Shown: positions 48,393-57,382 of the stretch, one piece after another
How positions within the stretch are numbered: position 1 is the stretch's first letter
Layout of the letters: each line of letters starts with the position of its first letter
NCBI GenBank assembly: GCA_030390025.1
Contig: CM059432.1
Coordinates: forward strand, 121,584,001 to 121,648,000
DNA length: 64,000 bases
Reading direction: 5' to 3'
Origin: Squalus acanthias
Lineage: Eukaryota
Made by a program: the position numbers and the translations under genes
Notes under the pieces: model-generated
What the model saw: only the letters and a program-made list of their open reading frames with translations
Database searches by the model: none
Told to the model about the DNA's origin: nothing

Positions 48393-51300
48393 CTAAGCCT
48401 TGAACCTACGCCTTGGGACACTCTGGGGACTTGACCATATCTTCCTGGGCTGGGGTATCCGACTTGACCTACGGGGGGCTACCGGGGGCAGGAACTCCAG
48501 GACTGACGGACCGGGTTTCGAGACTTCCACCGTTGCGACCTGTGGTCCCACCACAGCCGCTGGCTCCGCCTCCCCTGACTCCGCCTCCCTGAACTCGGGA
48601 TCTGCAGCCTCTGGCACCGCCCTACTTGGCCCAGTAGGCGGCCCTTCACTCGCAGTCCCTACCTCCCTCGAGGGCAAGACTTCCAAAGCGGACGGACTGG
48701 GTTCTGAGGCTTCCATCGCCACGTCCTGTGGTCCCACCACAGCCGCTGGCTCCGCCTCCCCTAGCTCCGCCCCCCTGAGTTTGGGACCTGCAGCTTCTGC
48801 CTCCACCCTGTGTGGATCTCCATCTGCAGTCCCTATCTTCCCTTTACCTGAATCGGGGGCGACCCTTTCGTGTTCCGATTCCAGCTCCTCTTCGCTTGTG
48901 TCACTATCTTGGTCGAGCTCCTCGAACTCTTCCTCATCTGACTCCCAACCCCAATAAAGGATCCTACATTTTGCTAGGATGACCTCTCCCCTGATGCAAG
49001 CTGCTTTGCCTGCCTGTGTGCCCTGTGGCCCTACCCGGGGCTGCAAGTCCCCACTCGCAGGTTTGGCCCCTGTGGTTGGCCCTTGCGCACCCGGCTTATA
49101 CAGTTTGCACTGATTTACGTGGAACCACTTAGTGCGCCGAGGTACCTTTACGGCGTATACCATGGGACTCGCCTTATCTACAATGCTGTAGGGTCCCATA
49201 TACAGTGGTTCCAGACTCCCTACTCTGGCATAGTTTCTGACCATGACCTGGTCTCCTACTTCCCTCTCCTGTTTCTTGCGGGGTTCCAGCAACAGGCGAT
49301 TGCCCTGATGCTGCCTTCCCATGTTCCCAGCCGCCTGCTCATAAACCTGCTTCAGGCGCTCCAAGAGGGTCTGGACGAACTTGTCCCTGCTTACCTCTTG
49401 GAGCTGACCCTCAGTGAGCACCGGCGCTAGTACATGGGTGGGGGTTCGCATGATCCTTCCAGTCATCACCTCGTGCGGGGAATACCCCGTACTTTTCGAC
49501 TGACTGGCCCGGATCCCCATGAGGACTAGAGGCAGAACCTCCGCCCATTTTTGGGGCGAGTTCATAGTCTCTTTCCTCAATTTCTCCTTCAGGGTCCGGT
49601 TCATGCGTTCAACAATCCCGGATGACTGGGGATTGTGCACTACGTGCCACTTCCCTTCAATGCCCAAAAGCATGAGGGTGTTCTGCATCACCTGGCCGGT
49701 GAAATGACTCCCTTGGTCTGACTCCACGAAATGGGGGAGTCCCCACCACGAGAACACTTCCCGGACCAAGATTTTTGCAGTACCCAGCGCCGTAGCTGTT
49801 TTACAGGGGAAGGCTTCTACCCATTTGGAAAACACATCCACCAAGACGAGGCAGTATTTGTAGCCTCCCTGGGTGGTGGGCAGCGGCCCTATATAGTCGA
49901 TCTGTATTGACTGCCATGGTCCCTCCACCCTCCTGATGTGCCCCATGGGCACTTTCCTTTTCTGGGGGTCTGGGTTGTTTGCAGCGCACACGAGACAGCT
50001 AGCACAGAACTCGCGGACCTGCTCCCTGAGTCCCGGCCACCATCCCGCCTGCTCTACCCGTTTCCAGGTAACCTCGGGCCCGGGGTGCCCTGCCCCCGGC
50101 CCCTCATGAGCCAACTGGAGGAATTTCCTCCTGTGCTGCTGCGGCACAACCCACTGCTCCTCGCGGAACAGCATGCCTTCTTTAACGGAGAGGGTTGCCG
50201 TACTGTACGGACCCTCTACCTGCTTGCCCTCAGCAATGGTTCTGAGAACTGCTTTTAGGGCGGGATCCTGGTTCTGGACGGTCTTAAGGTCTAGGGGCAA
50301 TGCTACCCTGGTGTTCCCGGGATTCCCGTCCCTGCCTTGGATCGCTGCCACGGGTCCAGGCCCATAGGGGTCCCAGAAAATGCCGTTACGGGCACCCTCC
50401 CTGGCTAGCGCATCCGCCTGCTGGTTGCCCTCCCCACGGGGCTCTGTGGAGGAGTGAGCCTTCACCTTATGGATGAAAATCTCCCCTTCCTCCCCTACTG
50501 CTGCCAAGATCTTTTCCAGCAAGGGCTTCACCGTTAAAGGTCGCCCGTCCGCGGAGGTGTATCCACGGCGGGACCAAATGGCCAGGTATTCCGTACACGA
50601 ATTGCATGTGAACATACTGTCCGAGCAAATCGTGTATGGGGTTGGGAAAGTTTCTGGGTGGGTAACGACATACGCCATCGCAGACAGCTCAGCTTGCTGC
50701 GCGCTCATGGTGCTGGGGAGCTTAATCGCCAGGGCAAGGTTTGCCGCAGGGTCATAAACTCCACACCCTGTGAGTCGTTCGCCAGCGGACACTGTGCTGG
50801 AACCATCAACATAAATCTCGCGACCTGTGGGATGTATCCCCGCCCGCAAACCTATGTTCACTTCCCACACCCCTTCCACCGAACACTGGTGGGCTGTACC
50901 GGGGTATACCAAATTGGCCGCAAGCCTGGGCTCGCAAAGACCTTTAACTCTAAGATCCATCTGGGAAAGGAGAAGGGTCCAGCGCGCAATTCGAGCGCTG
51001 CTTACGGTCCCATCCTTAATCCTCCCATCTAGAAGCATCTTAGTTGGTGTGTGATTGGTGAGGAGAGTGATGGGAGAGAGCCCTGTGAAGATCGCTGATC
51101 TTTTCACAGCCCAATGCGTGGCTAAAAGATGCCTTTCGCAATTGGAGAAACTCCTCTCCACATCCGTTAACACCCTGGTCGAATAGACAACCGGCCTCAG
51201 CTTGCCGTGACGCTCTTGGAGCAGCACAGCGCTCAAGCTGTCTCCGCTGGCAGCTACCTCCAGGAAAAACTCCTTCCCCCCATCTATGGCCCCTAAAGCT

Positions 51301-52136
51301 GGCGCGGTCTGCAGATCCCTTTTTAACTTCTCGAAGGCTGCCTGGCAGCCCTCGTCCCAAGACCACTCCACTCCCTTATGGAGGAGTCGGAGCAGCGGCG
51401 CTGCTGTGGCCGCATAGTCTTCGATAAAATCTCTGCAGTAACCGGTCAGTCCCAAAAAGGACCTCACACCCCTTATGGTGTTGGGAATCGGTAACTCTTG
51501 CACCGACTCCTTCCTAGCCTTATCTATGGCTCTTTCCCCAGCGCGAATGGTCAGCCCCAGGAATTTTACTTCCTGCTGACCGATACGTGCTTTCTTAGGG
51601 TTCACTTTAAAACCCTTTCTCGCTAGCAGCTCCAATAACTCGGCCAGCAGTGGTCCATGATCCTCCCTTGAGTCCGTAAATAGGAGCAAATCATCCACGT
51701 ACTGCACTATCTGATTGGGCTGACTAAACTCCTTTAAACTTCCTGCCATACACTGATGGAAAATACTGGGGCTGTTGTGGAAACCCTGTGGCAAACAGTT
51801 CCATGTGTACTGTTGTCCTTTGAAAGTAAAGGCAAACTTGTACTGGTCCTCTCGCCGCAGCGGGATGGACCAAAAACCGTTCGAGATATCCAGCACCGTG
51901 AACGTGGTCCCGGATGCTGGGATACTCCCTATTAGGTCAGCAACTGCTGCTACCGTGGGCGCGCAGGCGGGGATGTTACTGTTGAGGACTCTGTAGTACA
52001 CCGTGGCCCTCCACGAATTATCCGGCTTCCTAACCGGCCATAATGGGGAGTTCACGTGTGTTGCTATTGGCCTCAACACGCCCTGCTGCACCAAGGAGGA
52101 CATTGCTGTCTCCATATCGGGTTCTGCTTCTTTGGG
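48393..52136 (-). CDS. pol: Pol of provirus A: RT, tether/RNase H-like, RNase H, integrase, acidic tail; frame open for >1240 aa
   Basis: LPQG, YVDD, YVDGSS/SAQQAEL/SDS/KVKAH/GNQQAD, HHCC, D-D-E and GPY motifs. The DYR motif is mutated to YYR. Confidence 0.95.
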   Translation of the reverse strand, partial: PKEAEPDMETAMSSLVQQGVLRPIATHVNSPLWPVRKPDNSWRATVYYRVLNSNIPACAPTVAAVADLIGSIPASGTTFTVLDISNGFWSIPLRREDQYKFAFTFKGQQYTWNCLPQGFHNSPSIFHQCMAGSLKEFSQPNQIVQYVDDLLLFTDSREDHGPLLAELLELLARKGFKVNPKKARIGQQEVKFLGLTIRAGERAIDKARKESVQELPIPNTIRGVRSFLGLTGYCRDFIEDYAATAAPLLRLLHKGVEWSWDEGCQAAFEKLKRDLQTAPALGAIDGGKEFFLEVAASGDSLSAVLLQERHGKLRPVVYSTRVLTDVERSFSNCERHLLATHWAVKRSAIFTGLSPITLLTNHTPTKMLLDGRIKDGTVSSARIARWTLLLSQMDLRVKGLCEPRLAANLVYPGTAHQCSVEGVWEVNIGLRAGIHPTGREIYVDGSSTVSAGERLTGCGVYDPAANLALAIKLPSTMSAQQAELSAMAYVVTHPETFPTPYTICSDSMFTCNSCTEYLAIWSRRGYTSADGRPLTVKPLLEKILAAVGEEGEIFIHKVKAHSSTEPRGEGNQQADALAREGARNGIFWDPYGPGPVAAIQGRDGNPGNTRVALPLDLKTVQNQDPALKAVLRTIAEGKQVEGPYSTATLSVKEGMLFREEQWVVPQQHRRKFLQLAHEGPGAGHPGPEVTWKRVEQAGWWPGLREQVREFCASCLVCAANNPDPQKRKVPMGHIRRVEGPWQSIQIDYIGPLPTTQGGYKYCLVLVDVFSKWVEAFPCKTATALGTAKILVREVFSWWGLPHFVESDQGSHFTGQVMQNTLMLLGIEGKWHVVHNPQSSGIVERMNRTLKEKLRKETMNSPQKWAEVLPLVLMGIRASQSKSTGYSPHEVMTGRIMRTPTHVLAPVLTEGQLQEVSRDKFVQTLLERLKQVYEQAAGNMGRQHQGNRLLLEPRKKQEREVGDQVMVRNYARVGSLEPLYMGPYSIVDKASPMVYAVKVPRRTKWFHVNQCKLYKPGAQGPTTGAKPASGDLQPRVGPQGTQAGKAACIRGEVILAKCRILYWGWESDEEEFEELDQDSDTSEEELESEHERVAPDSGKGKIGTADGDPHRVEAEAAGPKLRGAELGEAEPAAVVGPQDVAMEASEPSPSALEVLPSREVGTASEGPPTGPSRAVPEAADPEFREAESGEAEPAAVVGPQVATVEVSKPGPSVLEFLPPVAPRRSSRIPQPRKIWSSPQSVPRRRFKA

Positions 52137-52765
52137 AAGTTATACTGCTTTTGGGGCCGGGTCATGGGGTCCCCATCTACGCTGACCTCAAACCCGGTAA
52201 CCCTCCCACAATCGTGCTTGTGGGTTGCAAACGCGTGCATATTATCTGACACGTACGTCTGCATGTCCGTTGGGAGATCCGCGACCATAAGCCCGAGGTC
52301 GTAGCCTCCGGATGGCTTCATGGTACACAGGGCCCCTTTACCTTCCTCCCCCGGGATTACCACTACCTTGCCTTTTCCACCCTTGGCTCCCCAGAGACAG
52401 TGATTCCTAAGGTCCACGAGGATCCCATGCTCCGATTGGAGATCTGATCCGAGGATATCTCTGCCACCCCCCTCTTGCCATTTCATCAGTATGCACTTCC
52501 ACGTGGTGTGGAGTGCTCCTAAATGAATGGAGAGCAGAATGGAGAACGCGCCAGCCTGCTCTTTTCCCGTGAACCCCGCTAATGTGTATGGGACCTTGGT
52601 AGACAGTGGTGAGTCAAAGGGGCTATCCGTATGAATCACGGTGCATGAAGCTCCCCTGACCAATAACTAACGACCCTTCTGCTTCTCTACCTCCATCTCC
52701 ACCAGGGGTCTTTTCCACGCATCATATCTGAGCGGACACAGGTGGACGGGCTGTGCGGGCTCTAG
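52073..52765 (-). pseudogene. pro: Aspartic protease region of provirus A (active site mutated, one stop)
   Basis: In frame after the gag TGA. GR*LLVRGAS replaces the LLDTGAS of copy B; ILGSDL motif. Confidence 0.85.
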
Positions 52766-53317
52766 TCATTGGGTACCGGCGGACGGGGCTGCGGCATCTG
52801 CGGGGCCGGTAGCGACTGCCACCCTTCCTTGCGAAATCATGAGGGTCCGCATGGCTCCCAGCATTGATTCTATTGCATCGGGATGGATATGCACACCAGC
52901 TCCCTTATCGGAGGCAGGCGCCTTGGGCTCGGGCTGCGGGATTTTTATCCCTGGACTCCTTCCAAGGGTTCCTGCAGTTCTTGCGCCAGTGCCCTCTCTT
53001 TCCGCACCCGAAGCAAGCATTACTGGCTTTTTGGACGCGATTTCCCTCCTGATGCCACTCCTTTTGAGCCGGGGCGGTGGGCCGTGCCTCATGCACCTTT
53101 CCCTTAAGGGGACGCGCTCCCGTTCTCCTAGTATTACGGTACCCTACCGTGAGTCGATTTAGGACCGACTCCTCTGTTGTGGCGGGGTTAGTGGGATCAA
53201 ACCACGCTTTTGCCTGCTCCCTGATGGCTGGCAAACTGGTGGCTACTACACACCTGAGCCAATGAGTTAAACCGACGCCGTTCAAATAGGTGCGCTCTGG
53301 CGCACCTGGGCAGCTAC
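52766..53317 (-). pseudogene. gag: Gag 3' part of provirus A
   Basis: Zinc knuckle CFGCGKRGHWRKNC; frameshift near 52920. Confidence 0.9.
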
Positions 53318-54936
53318 TGTAGAATTCGCAATATATCGCGATTTTATAAATAAGGAGAAAACACATAGTTTCGTTCAAACAGCTTTATTTCAGCAGAATG
53401 CTGTCAGGTTTTCAAAGTGGACACAAGCAGCCTGTAAAATGGCCGCCACGCCTCGTGGCAGAACATTCTAGACTTTTCGATAAGCAGACAAGATGGCATT
53501 CAATAAACATTTGTACGAGATCGATGAAGACTCAGCACATTTAAGATAATACACGAGACATCATGGGTTTGCAGTATACACATAAATACTGAAATCGGTC
53601 TCCCAGGTGCGAATAAGGGCTATTGTACCAAGTGATCAAGAACCCATCCAAAGACATTAATATGCAAAATCCCCACGACTCTACGATGAGAGAGCCGTTA
53701 GCGGGTAGTTACAGAAAACATTTGGAAGCCCCAAAACCCCTCCAGGGAGAATACCGACCGGTTACACAATGGGAAAAATATTAACAGGTACTCAGACAGT
53801 TACGAGTATCCCCGAAACCCATTAAAACGGAGATCACCCTATACAAGAAATTTGAGCGCCAAACCTTAACAAAAGAAAAGACATTAAGGTTGGGCGGGAA
53901 AAGAAGAGTTTTTGCACTATAACTGTAAGCTACAACCGTCCATCTTTCGCTTATTCTCCTGCCTCTTGCCGCTTGCCTCGTGTCTCTGCCTCTTGCAGCT
54001 TTAAAGACTGTTGAACTTTACGATCCGCCAGGATCTGCCTCGTGGCTTGCCGCGAAGATCTGTGTGGAACTGGGCTGTGAAGCCTTGGAACGGGCACACC
54101 ATCCCGAGAAGTCGGTAAACGGTGTTGGAACCGAAGGCCCGAGATGAGATGAGATGAGATGAGATGAGATGAGAAGAGAAGAAGACGACCATACGTATCG
54201 CCACGGTCAGTAAGCCCCGACCGTAGGTCGAAGAGACACTTTTCCTTGCCCAGGAAGACTATTCTTCGAATTTTATCGCATCCCTGCGAGGGCACAGGAA
54301 GACTCTTTTTTTGAGTAGAGTCAGAACTCCGAGGACAACACAGATCTTCATGACAGCAGACGGTCCAGCCTGCTAGCCGGAGCAGAAACGAGTAAACAAG
54401 TGGGGTACAGAGACCCCTGATCAACACGTGGGTGATCAGGTGCTGCGGTGAAAAACATCCGATCAGAGTTTTCGGAATTCTCCGAGTTATCACGAGTGGT
54501 GAGCATGAGTCTCGATCCTACAAATCTAGTTTAGAGCAGGTATTGATAGGGGAGGGTTTAAGTTTTAAGGATAACTGTAATGTGTGCCCCCATTTACGAT
54601 GTGTCGTTCGTTCCTCGTTTCCCTGAAATTAGTTACATAACTGCGTGTAAGATTGTACTGTCATTAATCTGTGCTTATGACATGTATTTCGTAATCTTGA
54701 ATAATATGCAATAAAGATTTTCCATTTCGTACCATTCAACCGGGTCGACCTGAGTTTTCTCTCCATTACTGCTCTCGCATCTAAGTCCAGTGTCAGAACC
54801 GTAAGGGCGAGTGGGTCGAACCACTCACAGGTGTCTAGTGCTCCCAGACTGGCTGGAGACCAGAACAGGCAACAAGGCCTAACCTCGCACTAGCACCCAG
54901 GCTGAGCACAGAGCCACACGGGTCAAAACCCTTACA
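53318..54936 (+). mobile_element. 5' LTR of provirus B (1619 bp)
   Basis: TG...CA ends, match to the solo LTR, AATAAA at ~54710 and internal (GAGAT)n at ~54141-54172. Confidence 0.95.
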
Positions 54937-54940
54937 GAAA

Positions 54941-56745
54941 ATGGCGACCGTGGCAGGACACTGGCAGCGAGAGGGTAATGTGTTAGACTTTGGTATGATT
55001 GGACGAAATGTCATGGAAGAGAGAATAGCAGAGTATGTGTTCGGAAAAGTAAATTTAACTAAGAAATGGATAAGTGACCTGCTAGTGGATAAGTGTCCAC
55101 TAGAAGCAGCCGAGAGGTGGACAGATAGCAAGGAACACAAAAAGACAGTGGAGAAAGCGGTCTGGTTGATGTGCTATAAAAGACAAGTCCAAATTTCGGA
55201 CCAGGTCATTACAGCGCAAGCAGCTCGGATCAGGCATTTAGAGGTGGAAATGGATGAGAAGGTCACTGGGGGGCAGTTGTCATTACGAATTTAAATGCGT
55301 TGCACCAAGAACGACAGGTAGTCACCAGCCACCATAAAGCAAAAATAGATTACCTCGAGTGCCAAGTCACTGAGGCAAAGTTAAGTGAGGGCAGACTAAA
55401 GGAACGATGTGCCCGCCAAGCTGCCCAAATAAAAGCCCAGGAAGAGAGCTTAACGGGGGTTAGGGCGGCATATAAGATGGCCCTTGAGGATAAATTTCAG
55501 GGGGCCGATCACAGCGTCTGCCAAAAGGAAATAGAGCACCTTAAAAGGGCCGTGAACAAAGCACACGGCATGGTGTGCCTTATCAGTCCGTCAGCACACC
55601 AGCCGCTAGTGGATGAGGAGTTTCAGAAATTCCCACCAAACAAAGCAGAGGAAGTATTAGCCACTACGCCCTCCGCGCCACCCAGCTATTCGGAAACCTG
55701 GGTAAGCGAGAAAGTGGTAGAAGTAACGAAAGAGCCCACCGAGGTAGATGTGGAACCGGGACCGTTGTGTCCGGTCACGGGTATCAAAAGGGGCCCGAAC
55801 AGAGACGGTGGGGAACAAGGGGATCTCCTCAACCAGCTTGTGTTGCCTCACAGCTCACACCAGCTGAGGATTATGATCAGTCACGTACCAAAGCTGGCGG
55901 AGTCAGACGACCCTTCCGTACATTTTAGGGAAATAGAGCAAACCGCAGCCATTAACGGCTGCGACGATGGGGAAACAGCAAAGATGCTGTTATTCTCATT
56001 GGGTAGTTCGATCCTTCAGTGTCTCTCAGACGAGAGCAAGAGGGGAACCAAGACCTATGGGGCACTAAGAAATGAGGTCCTAGAAGTATTGGGAGCGGAC
56101 GATGAAGGTCCGTTTGTTAGACTGGGACAGACAGTGCAGATGGAGGGAGAACCCCCGAAGGTTTTCGCCGACAGGCTGTGGCCAGTATACCAGCGTAGCT
56201 GCCCAGGTGCGCCAGAGCGCGCCGATGTGGCAGACACCGGTTTAACTCATTGGCTCAGGTGTATAGTAACCAACAGTTTGCCAGCCGTCAGGGAGCAGGC
56301 AAAAGCGTGGTTTGATCCCACTGACCCCGCCACTACAGAGGAGTCGGTCCTAAATCGACTCACGGTGGGGTACCATAATACCAGAAGTATGGGAGCACGT
56401 CCCCTTAAGGGAAAGGTGCATGAGGCACGACCCGCAGCCCCGGCTCAAAAGGAGTGGCATCAGGAGGGTAACCACGCCCCGCAGGCAAGTAATGCTTGTT
56501 ACGGGTGTGGGAAGACAGGGCACTGGCGCAAGAACTGCAGGAACCCTTGGAAGGATTCCAGGGATAAAAATCCCGCAGCCCGAGCCCAGATGCCTATCTC
56601 TGATAGGGAAGCTAGTGCACCCATCCCTCCCGACGCGATCGAAACAGTGTTGGGAGCCATGCGTAACCTCATGAGTGCGCATGGAAAAGTGGCGGTTGCT
56701 ACCGGCCCCGCAGGTGCCACAGGCCCGTCTAATAGTACCCAATGA
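54941..56745 (+). pseudogene. gag: Gag of provirus B (frame break at ~55265-55295)
   Basis: Coiled-coil-like N-half, PSAP/PPSY late-domain-like motif, capsid-like region and CYGCGKTGHWRKNC zinc knuckle. Confidence 0.88.
54942..54959 (+). promoter_or_regulatory. Primer binding site, probably tRNA-Arg(UCG)
   Basis: TGGCGACCGTGGCAGGAC, 5 nt after the LTR. Complementary to a tRNA 3' end GUCCUGCCACGGUCGCCA; tRNA identity is from recollection of vertebrate tRNA-Arg. Confidence 0.75.
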
Positions 56746-57382
56746 CTAGAGCCCGCGCAGCCCGTCTAGCTGTGTCCGCTCAGCTATGATGCGTGGAAGC
56801 GACCCCTGGTGGAAATGGAGGTAGAGAAACAAAGGGGTAGTTATTTGTTGGACACGGGAGCTTCTTGCACCGTGATTCATACAGATAGCCCTTTTGACTC
56901 ACCGCTATCTACCAAGGTCCCATTCACATTAGCGGGGTTCACGGGAAAAGAACAGTCTGGCGCGTTCTCCCTTCCGCTATCCATTCGTTTAGGAGCACTC
57001 CACATCAAGTGGAAGTGCATACTGATGAAATGGCATGAGGGGGGGTGGGAGAGGTATCCTCGGGTCCGATCTCCTAACAGGGCACGGGATCCTCGTGGAC
57101 CTCAGGAATCACTGTCTCTGGGGGGCTAAGGGTGGAGACGGCGAGGTAGTGGTAATTCCGGGGGAGGAAGAAACAGGGGTCCTGTGTACCATGAAGCCAT
57201 CCGGAGGCTACGACCTCGGGCTTATGGTCACGGATGTCCCAACGGACATGCAAACGTACGTGTCAGATAATATGCACGCGTTTGCAACCCACAAGCACGA
57301 TTGTGGGAGGGTTACCGGGTTTGAGGTCAGCGTAGATGGGGACCCCATGACCCGGCCCCAAAAGCAGTATAACTTCCCAAAG
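56746..57382 (+). pseudogene. pro: Aspartic protease region of provirus B
   Basis: LLDTGAS and ILGSDLL. Private TAG at 56767 and +1 in a G-run at ~57040. Confidence 0.9.

Larger units (their letters stand above)
41304..53317 (-). mobile_element. Provirus A: env-bearing lokiretrovirus-like ERV (gag 3' part, pro, pol, env, 3' LTR)
   Basis: Colinear with provirus B; PPT and LTR present. Gag is interrupted at 53317 by B. Confidence 0.92.

Noticed and set aside
52905..53378. 157-aa ORF with its own N-terminus
   Set aside because: The first ~20 aa are antisense LTR of provirus B fused to interrupted gag.
55265..55300. Programmed frameshift within gag
   Set aside because: Only one copy is visible and the break is beside a G homopolymer, so mutation or sequencing error cannot be excluded.
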